Of a stretch of DNA of 64,000 nucleotides, positions 54,560-62,836 are shown piece by piece. The DNA is from a virus (taxonomy: Duplodnaviria > Caudoviricetes): positions 44,968 through 108,967 of the IMG/VR virus record IMGVR_UViG_2935054407_000001. One strand, 5' to 3'. Under the pieces are notes generated by a model. That model was not told the DNA's origin. It worked only from the letters and a program-made list of their open reading frames with translations, and did not search any database. The position numbers and the translations under genes are program-made. Each line of letters opens with the position of its first letter. Positions within the stretch are counted from its first letter, which is position 1.

Positions 54560-54978
54560 AGCTGCGGCTCCGCTGCGAAATTCGGGTCGATCGAGACCCA
54601 TGGATGGACTGGTGGAAGGACGGTGAGGAGGACGTGGATCTCGGCGTCGGCATGGTCCTCTCCTCGCACATCACATACCTCGCCGGATTTGCTGACACCG
54701 ATGCCGTCGTCCGCTGGAACAGCGCCAGGCCGTGGCATCATGACTTCCTCGTGGAGGTCTCCGCGAAGTCCTGGGAGAGTTGGGCGGGAATTCGGCCCGG
54801 CAAGACGCGCCGTGACGTCATCGACTACGTGACCTACAACATCCCCTACGGATTCGCGGCCCTGGAGCAGACCAAGGCTCAGGTCACCTGGAAGGGCATC
54901 ACGCCCGTGGACTACAGCACCCCTGAGAAGCGACACGAGCTGCTGTTCCGCTGGCCCACGATGAGGATGAGCGAATGA
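54556..54978 (+). CDS. Hypothetical protein
   Basis: GTGA overlap. Confidence 0.75.
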   Translation: MKLRLRCEIRVDRDPWMDWWKDGEEDVDLGVGMVLSSHITYLAGFADTDAVVRWNSARPWHHDFLVEVSAKSWESWAGIRPGKTRRDVIDYVTYNIPYGFAALEQTKAQVTWKGITPVDYSTPEKRHELLFRWPTMRMSE

Positions 54979-55184
54979 GCGAAGACCAGTGGATCCTGGA
55001 GTACACCGATCACGGCGTCTTCTGGCGGGAAGATGCTGGAGACTCTCGCAGGCAGGCCCTTGTCTACGCCGATCTTCTGATGGTTGAGCACGGCGCGTCC
55101 CTTGCCCGGCTGATCCGGCCGGACGGTGTGGTGGAGCTGGAAGACAAGGCGCTGGACGAGGCGGCTTTCAACTCCGACAAGTAG
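54975..55184 (+). CDS. Hypothetical protein
   Basis: ATGA overlap. Confidence 0.7.
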   Translation: MSEDQWILEYTDHGVFWREDAGDSRRQALVYADLLMVEHGASLARLIRPDGVVELEDKALDEAAFNSDK

Positions 55185-55232
55185 CCCTCTCCCACACGAT
55201 CAAGCACTATCCCCGAAGAGGAGCACCCCAGC

Positions 55233-55541
55233 ATGCACACCACCAAACTCCCCGAGCTTCACCCAGCCGCCGCAGCCCTCACCGCCTTCCGTGAGGTGAA
55301 CGGCGAGGGCCGCACCTACACCGTCTCGGAGGCACCCGGCGGACGGGGATCCATCGTCCGATCGCTGAACCGGGCGCGGGCCGTCGGCTATGTCAAGCCG
55401 CCTGAGCGCGATTGCTACGCGGTGCTCGATGTGCTGAACGGTGATGACGAGCCTGTGCAGGAGTTCGCCATCCCCACAGCGAGGGCGTTCCGCTGGTGGT
55501 ACCGGCACCTGCGCCTGCGAGTTGAGCGCGACGACGCTTGA
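55233..55541 (+). CDS. Hypothetical protein
   Basis: GAGGAG RBS; followed by terminator. Confidence 0.75.
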   Translation: MHTTKLPELHPAAAALTAFREVNGEGRTYTVSEAPGGRGSIVRSLNRARAVGYVKPPERDCYAVLDVLNGDDEPVQEFAIPTARAFRWWYRHLRLRVERDDA

Positions 55542-55561
55542 ACGAGTAGCCGTCACACGAG

Positions 55562-55596
55562 GAAACCCCCGCTCTCACGCCCAGAGCGGGGGTTTC
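55562..55596 (+). terminator. Terminator of plus-strand island
   Basis: 14-bp IR GAAACCCCCGCTCT / AGAGCGGGGGTTTC. Confidence 0.8.
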
Positions 55597-55619
55597 TTAA
55601 TACCCAGTGAGTGTACCCA

Positions 55620-55649
55620 AGCCCCTATCGCCGTGATACGATAGGGGCT
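55620..55649 (-). terminator. Hairpin after major capsid gene
   Basis: 11-bp IR AGCCCCTATCG / CGATAGGGGCT. Confidence 0.65.
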
Positions 55650-55662
55650 ATGAGCAGGTAAA

Positions 55663-56754
55663 TCAGTTGGTCTCGATCAGAACCACGGACTGGTCAGTGA
55701 TCAAACCCAGTCCCCAGATTGCGTACCAGGCCAGCAGGTGCTCTCGGCCGAAGTCCTGGATGCCGCCGTCGCGAAGCTCGACCGGCAGGCTGATCGCGTG
55801 GCCGAAGGCGTTGTCACCCAGAAGGACAGCCTGGTACACGGACTGACCTGTGGGAACGTCGATCGCCTTGCCGAGCGAGACGTCCTCGTACTTGCCGCCC
55901 AGCTCCGCCCGAGTGGCGCTCGTCAGCTTGCTGACCTGGGTGCTCTCGATGAAAACGACATCGTCGATACGGCCGATCTCACCGATCTGGAAGTTCCCCG
56001 GGGACGCGTACTGGGTCATGTTGATCCAGTTCGGGTCGTCCCTCAGTCGGCGGCTCTGGTGAGGATGCACGAAACAGACGTACGAGTCCCCGAGCCTGGG
56101 GGTGTTCTTCGTGCTGAGGGTCTCGACGCCGTCCTTGATCGCTGAGACCGTGAGGTGGTAGTTGCCGGTCAGGCCCATGCGCATGGAGGTCGTGCCGTTG
56201 GGCTCGCCGGTCACCTGCGTGGCGGTCGGAAGGGTGCCCAGATCGAACGGGCTCATCCGCGTCTGCGCGGCCGAGGACATGATCTTGTCGTAGCCGTAGA
56301 TGTGCGACGTTGCCTGGAGCAGGGTGTTTCTCGCGCTCTCATCCAGGTAGGTAGCCATGTTACGCCCGAGCAGACGGGACGCCGTGGCCATAACGTCGTC
56401 AAACGACGCATTCAGGAGCAATTCGGTCACGCCGATGGCATAGCCGTGCTCACTGACAGTAATTGAGAACTGGGTGGCAGTCAGCGCGGCGGTTTGCATC
56501 CGCACACCTTCAACGAGCTGACTGGCTTTGCCGAGGTTGTTATACCTGGTAAAATTGATGGACAAACCGGGCTGAACGCCCAGCTCAGTCTTCTTCACGG
56601 CGAACTGTTCGAATTTTAGCACAGGCATCGCCTGGAACAGAATCTCCTTGCTCCAGATGGTCTGGATGACCGGAGATAGCTGAGAGTTAGCACCGCCCGT
56701 GTACGCCGTCGGGTTGGCGCTGAGGTTGGGGGTACCGGTGATTGCGCTAGGCAT
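55663..56754 (-). CDS. Major capsid protein, N4-gp56 family (HK97 fold)
   Basis: WSKEILFQAMP...FEQFA, EHG.A...TE, YVCFVHP.Q..L..D, GEIG.I..V.FIE, DFGREH.LAWY; ATG at 56754. Confidence 0.92.
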   Translation of the reverse strand: MPSAITGTPNLSANPTAYTGGANSQLSPVIQTIWSKEILFQAMPVLKFEQFAVKKTELGVQPGLSINFTRYNNLGKASQLVEGVRMQTAALTATQFSITVSEHGYAIGVTELLLNASFDDVMATASRLLGRNMATYLDESARNTLLQATSHIYGYDKIMSSAAQTRMSPFDLGTLPTATQVTGEPNGTTSMRMGLTGNYHLTVSAIKDGVETLSTKNTPRLGDSYVCFVHPHQSRRLRDDPNWINMTQYASPGNFQIGEIGRIDDVVFIESTQVSKLTSATRAELGGKYEDVSLGKAIDVPTGQSVYQAVLLGDNAFGHAISLPVELRDGGIQDFGREHLLAWYAIWGLGLITDQSVVLIETN

Positions 56755-56768
56755 GAAGGACGTACTTC

Positions 56769-57521
56769 CTATCCGAAGATTCCACGGCTGGAGGAAGCCG
56801 CTCCGATGACCTGGCCACGGATCTTGGCCCACTCGGAGATCGGCATGTCGTTTAGCTCGGAGGAGGAGTACGTCTTCGTGTTCAGAGAGTTGTCCATGGG
56901 GCCATCCATCGGGGTGTATCCGGCTGCGGACACTCCCCGCTGCTCGGCGGCCAGCGCGCCCTGCGCTGCCGCCAGCTCCGACGTGATGGCGTCGGTCTTG
57001 GCGATCATCGTGGCGATGGACGCCTCAACCTCATCGGGGCTGTTGCCAGTGATCAGGTCGATGAGCTGGGGGGCGATGCGCTCCCGCTCGTCGTTGACCC
57101 TGGTCTGGATATACGCCTGGAGCTGCGCCATCTGGCGCTCCTTCTCCAGCAGGATGCGCTCGCGCTCGCGGTCGGCCTCGATCTGCTCGATTCGGGCGTT
57201 CCACTCCGCCTCGCGGGTGGCGAGGAGATCCCGTACGGACATCTCCTCCTCGCGCCGCAGGCGCTCAGCCTCGGCCCGCTGCCTCTCGGCCTCGGCCTTG
57301 GCCTCTTCCTCGGTCCTGCGCGCGGTCAGCAGCTCCTCAAGCTGGGACTGCATCGTGCGCGTCCGCTCCTCGGCGTCGGTGATTCGGCCGTAGAGCTTGT
57401 CCTTCTCCTGCTGGCGTACCCGCGCGAGGTCGTCGGCGGTGTACGTCCGGCCGGAGGGCTGGACCGGGATTTCCGGAGCGTCGATGACGCTGCCGGTCTG
57501 CTCACTGATCTGGTCGGGCAT
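56769..57521 (-). CDS. Capsid scaffolding protein
   Basis: Coiled-coil, RQQEKDKLY, LIDLITGNSPDE; between portal and capsid. Confidence 0.8.
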   Translation of the reverse strand: MPDQISEQTGSVIDAPEIPVQPSGRTYTADDLARVRQQEKDKLYGRITDAEERTRTMQSQLEELLTARRTEEEAKAEAERQRAEAERLRREEEMSVRDLLATREAEWNARIEQIEADRERERILLEKERQMAQLQAYIQTRVNDERERIAPQLIDLITGNSPDEVEASIATMIAKTDAITSELAAAQGALAAEQRGVSAAGYTPMDGPMDNSLNTKTYSSSELNDMPISEWAKIRGQVIGAASSSRGIFG

Positions 57522-57534
57522 TTAGCACGGATCC

Positions 57535-59227
57535 CTAGAGTTTATTCTCCGGATCTCGGCGTTCCGGCGTTTTCGCGCCATAAGCCTGTGTCACGAGTTC
57601 GGTCATCAATGTTTCTTCTGCACCTGCCATGACTGCCGGTTGCCCGATAGCCGTGCCAGGCGTGTTGCCCGCAGAATCCGAATTCGTAGTCCCAGTGAGC
57701 GGGGCGGCGGTTCCGTCACCTTGCGGTGACATTCCCGTCATTTGGAGAATAGCAGAAGCGATTTGCGCGGTAATAAGGTCCAGGGCGCCCGACTCCTTGA
57801 CGTCGCGCACCTGCTCCTCAAACAGTTCTTGCAGTTTCTCATCGGCGAATTCCACACCCATCGCCTTGAGGGCGCCGCGCTTGCTTTCGAGGCCCAGGCC
57901 CATCTTGAGCTGGATCTCATTGAGCTTGATGAGGTCGTCCACCGGCAAGGGCGGAGGCCATTCACAAGCCGTCTGGTAGACGAGCGGGTCGCGCGGGTCG
58001 ATGACCTCAGGCTGGCCGGGCTGAATGATGCCGTCTGTGGCCTGGTCATAGCGAAGGGTCGCGGGCTCGAACAGGAAGAGCGTGCGCAGGATCAGCTCAT
58101 TGATCCTGCGAAGTCCCTGCGTGTACTGGCGCTTTTTCGCATTGTATTTCTGCATCATCGGGAACATCTGGAGTGCCAGGGCAACACCGGACGTATTAGA
58201 AATCGGCTGAGCTTGGCCCAGAGCGTTCTCCGGCACGCCCGACATCTCATGCATGGAGCGCTTGAGCATCTCCAGAAATTGGAGCGGCCACTGGAGATCA
58301 ACGCCGTTCTCCAGGTTGAAGACCTTGGCATCCGGCGGCAGTCCGCCCCAGATTTTTCGGGCGCCCTTCTCCAGGTTGTTCACGCGGGCACCGGTAATCA
58401 CGGTAACGGGCGCCGAATGATAATTGATGATGTCGGCTATGGCCACCGCCAGCTCGTTGAACTGCTGGTTCAGGGGGACGATGTCATCCATGTCCGACAG
58501 GCCCCACGGCGATCCGGAGACCGCCACATTGGGGATGTGCACGATCGGGATGACACCCAGCGGATTCTTCCGCTCTTCGAGGAGCTGGTCATCTACCCAC
58601 TCTTGGATGGAGTCCTCTGTGATGATCTCCTGGTAGGTGAAGACCTTTCGTGTCCCGTCATTTGTGGTAGCCCAGAATTTATAACGGAGGCGGAAGCGAA
58701 TCAATCTTTCCTTGTCGTGCGGGTGCCATTCTGGGAAGCAGTGAGCCGCGTTCAGCGGCAGCACCCGCACACGCCCTGGCCGCCAATTTCCGGCCGGATC
58801 AGTGAAGTTCCGCTCGTACGCGACCTTGACGAAGCAGTCGCCCGACACAGCGCCGTTCTCGGCCATCTCGGATAGCACGGTCGGCTTGTCGTTGTCTGTC
58901 TCCCACACGCGGTTGAGAAGCGCTGGGATGATGTGCTCGTATTGCTTGGCAGACGTGAAGCTGACGCCACGAGAGAACGTGAAGTCGTTCGAGAAGCGGG
59001 TCAGCGCGCGAACGTAGTTGAACGTAAGTTGGGGCTCCCCATATTCTCTGCGGCTAGCCCAATGGAAGCCCAGGTCAATAGAAGGCCCAATTTCTTGCGT
59101 ACCTGTTGAGGCGCGGCCCGGATACTTCCCACTCCTGGTCAGACAGTTCGACCAGACCCAGTGGGGAGATAGACACAGACAGACCGCTGGCCTGCTGTGA
59201 CGGGGCATAGAAATTGAAACCGCTCAT
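57535..59227 (-). CDS. Portal protein (SPP1 gp6-like), interrupted by TGA and a +1 frame change at 59074-59077
   Basis: GGGAGG RBS + ATG 59227 gives 50 aa then TGA; the rest (LGFHW...NPLGVIPIVHIPN...GLSD...TSGVAL) continues in the +1 frame to 57535. Confidence 0.85.
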
Positions 59228-59277
59228 GGCATCACCTCCCTTCACGCAAATAGCCCGGATTGCTGATCACACAATCC

Positions 59278-59309
59278 AGGCTATTTGAGTTGATTTGGGA
59301 AGTTGTAAT
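59278..59309 (-). promoter_or_regulatory. Putative late promoter P9 (ATTACA-N20-TAGCCT) in a hairpin
   Basis: 15/16 IR 59247-59262 / 59272-59287; ACTTCCC can pair with the GGGAGGT RBS. Confidence 0.7.
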
Positions 59310-59312
59310 GCG

Positions 59313-59864
59313 TTAAGAGATACCGACCATCGGAATGCTCATCTGCGGCGTCAGATCGGAAAGGTCGAGATAGGGGGGAAGGGGAACAGTCGCCGAGTCT
59401 ACGGACGAGTACACGTCGTAGCCGGAGTGGCGCTCGTCCCAGGTGTACGGTCGCGCCACGGGCAGGATGACGTGCGGCAGCTCAGGGAGGTCAGCGAACT
59501 CCAGCATCACCCAGCCGTGCCAGTCCTGATCGCGTGCGGGCACGGACGAGGGGTACTTCAGTGCCACCCAGCCTGCGCCCGGCTCGGGAATTTCCCTCCA
59601 GAGGGAAGCCGCCACCGGGAACGCCTGCCAGTCTCCCGGCTCGTCAGGGAAGGCGTAGAAGACCGAGCGGACACGCCCTGCCGCGCCCGGCTTTCGCACA
59701 ATCGCCACCTGCGCCGAACTCACGCTCATACCGGCGGGGACGGTCATCTTGATTGCCCACGTGGTGGGGAACGGCGTGCCTGAGATGCTGGTGGTCACGG
59801 CCCAGGCCGGGACGGTCTGGCTCAGGAAGGTGTAGCCAGAGCCTCGGGGAAGATCGATGGACAA
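59313..59864 (-). CDS. Hypothetical beta-rich protein
   Basis: GAGG RBS, TTG start. Confidence 0.7.
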   Translation of the reverse strand: MSIDLPRGSGYTFLSQTVPAWAVTTSISGTPFPTTWAIKMTVPAGMSVSSAQVAIVRKPGAAGRVRSVFYAFPDEPGDWQAFPVAASLWREIPEPGAGWVALKYPSSVPARDQDWHGWVMLEFADLPELPHVILPVARPYTWDERHSGYDVYSSVDSATVPLPPYLDLSDLTPQMSIPMVGIS

Positions 59865-59888
59865 GCGGTACCTCTCTCTCTCGGTCTG

Positions 59889-60098
59889 CTAGTTGGTGCG
59901 GGCGACGGCGGCGTTGCTCCAGAACATGACCTGCTCCAGGTGCGTGATCGCCAGCGCCTTCTCACGCCCTTCGGGGAGCATCTCGTTCAGTGATCCGGCC
60001 AGATTCCGGCAGAGGCGGCGAACGGTCTCATGGGCCGTCACCGCTTCCTCGTCCGGCGGGTGGTGGCTGAACCGGTTGTCGAGATCAGCAGGGGTCAT
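59889..60098 (-). CDS. Acb2/Tad1-like helical-hairpin protein (putative signalling-nucleotide sponge)
   Basis: RFSHHPP...VR....LA.......PEGREKALAITHLEQVMFWSNAAVAR; TGATG-coupled ATG at 60098. Confidence 0.6.
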   Translation of the reverse strand: MTPADLDNRFSHHPPDEEAVTAHETVRRLCRNLAGSLNEMLPEGREKALAITHLEQVMFWSNAAVARTN

Positions 60099-60508
60099 CA
60101 GTCGTTGACCTGGGCCGGGTTGGTTCGCATGTAGTGGCCACCGGAGCGGACCACCTGCTCGAACTCGACCTCGCCGTTGTTGCCCAGGCCGCCGTGGGCG
60201 AACTCGCCCAGGTAGGTCGGGGCCTCCACCCACGAAGCCGAGCCGACGTGCGCACGCTGCTGGAGGGTCTTCTCCGGCGGCTGAACCCAGGTCGGAGCCA
60301 CGCGGTTGGGGCGGCCGGGCGCGGTGACGTATCCGTTGTTCACGCCAAGGCTGAAGTCGTTCGGGACGTCAGTGTCGCTCGCGATCCCCTCCTCGAAACG
60401 CAGGGGGCCGCGCCGAGCGGGGTTGGACGCCATCTTGCGCTCGTAGACCGGCGTAACCCGCTCGGGGATGGCCGGGTGCGGGGAGAGGGGAGAAACGTTT
60501 TCTGCCAT
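60098..60508 (-). CDS. Hypothetical late protein
   Basis: GAGGAG RBS; follows promoter P10. Confidence 0.8.
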   Translation of the reverse strand: MAENVSPLSPHPAIPERVTPVYERKMASNPARRGPLRFEEGIASDTDVPNDFSLGVNNGYVTAPGRPNRVAPTWVQPPEKTLQQRAHVGSASWVEAPTYLGEFAHGGLGNNGEVEFEQVVRSGGHYMRTNPAQVND

Positions 60509-60544
60509 TAGATGAAACTCCTCGAAAAGCGTAGCTACGTTTCC

Positions 60545-60576
60545 AGGCTAGAATCCGAGGAGTTTCATTTGTTAAC
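60545..60576 (-). promoter_or_regulatory. Putative late promoter P10 (GTTAAC-N20-TAGCCT) with a 13-bp RBS-masking IR
   Basis: ATGAAACTCCTCG in the spacer pairs perfectly with CGAGGAGTTTCAT (IR 60512-60524 / 60556-60568). Confidence 0.75.
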
Positions 60577-60579
60577 GGC

Positions 60580-62148
60580 TCAGTAGAACGGGTTGTTCGC
60601 CACTTCCATGACCGGCATCTGCGTCTCCTGCGTCAGCACACAGGCGAGCGCGAGCGAGTCGGCATAGTCGTCGAAAGCGCCGGTCTCGTTTGGGGCCTCG
60701 GCCAGCATGTTCGGTCCCTTGAACTCGACCTGAAGGTCTTCCATCTGCTGCACGAAGCGCCTGTACGTGCGCAGACGACGCGCCTTCGCGTGCGCTGGCC
60801 AGCCGATCATCCGGCGTTCAAGGAGCTGGTTGAGGTGCTTCCAGCGCTTGGACTGGTCGCCGGGCATGGATCCCATCTCCACGATATTCGCGCGGGGCAT
60901 GAGGACTTTCAGGCGCGAGGCTACGGCATCACCCACACCGCCGACATCGACACCGATGGCAAACACGTTGTAGGAACTCAAGAATTCGGTGATGCGGTAG
61001 TACTGTGCCTCCCATTCCATGCCCTCCAGGTCCAACCAATTGAGTACGCGATGTTCATACATTCCGAATTCGTCGGGCCGGTCCCAGTCCACCCAGACGA
61101 CCGTCACAATGGTCGAGTCTTGTTTTCGGGCGGGGTCGATTCCGACGACCACTGGGGTCTGGTGCCAGTACTTCACGACCTCCATGGACTTGTCGCCCAG
61201 GGAGTCCAGGACTTCGCGGGTCGTGAACATTCCCTTTTCGAGCAGCCACATCAGCCGGAAGGACAGCTTGAACTCGTCGGAGTCCTCTCCGACGCGCAGG
61301 ATCTCCTTCTTGACGTACTTGCCGTAGCGGGCGTTCGCCTTCGCCGCAGCCTTCCAGTCCGCCTCGAAGTGATTGACCCGAGAGCCGCGCCGACTGGCCA
61401 ATCTCTTGTTGAGCTGGATGGCCTTGTAAAAGACGTTTTTCTCATAGCTGGGTGTGCCTGTGAAGCACATTGTGGCGTTGGTGGAGGCACCCATCGGCGC
61501 GATGGACTTGTTGACCATTTTGTCATCCGCGCCTTGGCATTCATCGATGAGGATCAAATGGTACGTCCGGCCTTCGATGATGGCGCGCGGGTGACAAGTC
61601 TGGCGGCGTACCAGAGAGCCGCTCCGCAGGGTCACGGTACGCCCCTTGCCCTTCAGGGCGTCATTGATTTCGGGCTCGGCCATGATCTCGATAGCCCGCT
61701 CGCTCGTGAGACGGCTCACGATACGCGAGTACAGGTTGTCTGCCTGGTCGTCCACGGGTGCGAAGGCGCCGACCCAGAGCCCTTCCTTGAAGTGTCCAAG
61801 AAGGTCCGGGTAAATGCGGGCGAGAACGGGCAGCATAATCATCAGCGCAGCGACGACATTGGCCACCGTTTCGCTCTTGCCGGACTGTCTGGAAAATAGC
61901 GCAGTGATCGTGGCGCCGTCTCCGATGATGACGGACTCGATCAGCCGACGGGCGAAAGGACGCTGATACTCATACAGCGGATGGCCGCTCAGAGTATCGA
62001 CGATCACCATCATCTTGTCCACGAGCATGGACACGAATTCGGCCGAAAGCTCGTCCAGGACGACTTCCGTATCGAGCCGGGCCTGTCGTTCGGCCTCGGT
62101 CTCGTCAGTCAGTTCTTCGTCAAAGTATTCTTCGTCTACCTGTTCCAC
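60580..62148 (-). CDS. terL: Terminase large subunit
   Basis: LYEYQ, SRQSGKS, LIDECQ, FTGTP, VGIDPA...DST, GVD..GVGD, FDDYADSLALA. Confidence 0.95.
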   Translation of the reverse strand: MEQVDEEYFDEELTDETEAERQARLDTEVVLDELSAEFVSMLVDKMMVIVDTLSGHPLYEYQRPFARRLIESVIIGDGATITALFSRQSGKSETVANVVAALMIMLPVLARIYPDLLGHFKEGLWVGAFAPVDDQADNLYSRIVSRLTSERAIEIMAEPEINDALKGKGRTVTLRSGSLVRRQTCHPRAIIEGRTYHLILIDECQGADDKMVNKSIAPMGASTNATMCFTGTPSYEKNVFYKAIQLNKRLASRRGSRVNHFEADWKAAAKANARYGKYVKKEILRVGEDSDEFKLSFRLMWLLEKGMFTTREVLDSLGDKSMEVVKYWHQTPVVVGIDPARKQDSTIVTVVWVDWDRPDEFGMYEHRVLNWLDLEGMEWEAQYYRITEFLSSYNVFAIGVDVGGVGDAVASRLKVLMPRANIVEMGSMPGDQSKRWKHLNQLLERRMIGWPAHAKARRLRTYRRFVQQMEDLQVEFKGPNMLAEAPNETGAFDDYADSLALACVLTQETQMPVMEVANNPFY

Positions 62149-62192
62149 TATTCATACCCTCGAAAAACCCCCTTCGAGCGTACAAATAGAGA

Positions 62193-62216
62193 AAGCCCGG
62201 ATATAAATCCGGGCTT
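62193..62216 (-). terminator. Terminator hairpin before terL (loop may carry a late-promoter TTA element)
   Basis: 10-bp IR AAGCCCGGAT / ATCCGGGCTT followed by T-rich tract. Confidence 0.65.
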
Positions 62217-62218
62217 CG

Positions 62219-62497
62219 TTATGAGCCGTACGGCACCTTGCCTGGCGGACGTATGGGGATGCCGAGCTGGCGTAGGACGCGGATCACCTCGCTGCGCTCC
62301 ATGCCGTACATCTCCCCGAGTTTCGTGGAGGGGAGCTGGCGGACGTCGTACAGGTAGGCGATCATCCGGTTGCGCGCCTCTTGGAGGGTGACCCTCGGGC
62401 GCAGGTAGAGACACACGAGGCTGCACGAGACCGCCACGCGTTTTTCGGCGTAAGCGACAGGTGCGCCGCAGCCCTTGCAGTACAGGCGCTCGGTCAC
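62219..62497 (-). CDS. Zn-finger plus HTH protein
   Basis: CKGCG...CSLVC; LPSTKLGEMYGMERSEVIRVLRQLGIPIR; GTGA overlap. Confidence 0.7.
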   Translation of the reverse strand: MTERLYCKGCGAPVAYAEKRVAVSCSLVCLYLRPRVTLQEARNRMIAYLYDVRQLPSTKLGEMYGMERSEVIRVLRQLGIPIRPPGKVPYGS

Positions 62498-62745
62498 AGG
62501 CCGCGTCTCGTGGCGATGGTCTCCAGCGCTCCGATGACCTTGCGCAGGTCCTCCATCGCGATGACCGCGCCAGCTCCGTACGGGTCGCGCCCTGCTGGCG
62601 GCTCCGGGTTGTAGTCCACGATCTCGGTGACGGTCTCTCCGTGCGGACCGGGGATGACCTTGGTCTCGCAGACATGGAGCTGGCGTGAGCCGTAGGTGAT
62701 CGTCAGGAGCACCTTCCGATCGACCAACCCAGGGAGCTGAACCAC
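62494..62745 (-). CDS. Hypothetical protein
   Basis: AGGAGG RBS, GTG start. Confidence 0.75.
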   Translation of the reverse strand: MVQLPGLVDRKVLLTITYGSRQLHVCETKVIPGPHGETVTEIVDYNPEPPAGRDPYGAGAVIAMEDLRKVIGALETIATRRGL

Positions 62746-62789
62746 TGAGCACCTCCTATGTTGTTGGGGATGGACCGACGGTACAACAA

Positions 62790-62815
62790 AGGCCCCCGAG
62801 AGAACTCGGGGGCCT
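62790..62815 (-). terminator. Intrinsic terminator
   Basis: 11-bp IR AGGCCCCCGAG / CTCGGGGGCCT followed by TTGTT. Confidence 0.75.
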
Positions 62816-62836
62816 CAGCGTGCGGGAAGGGCTCTG

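Noticed and set aside
62174-62207. TTTATA-N19-TACGCT upstream of terL
   Set aside because: Spacing is one short of the strict pattern; plausible but left uncounted
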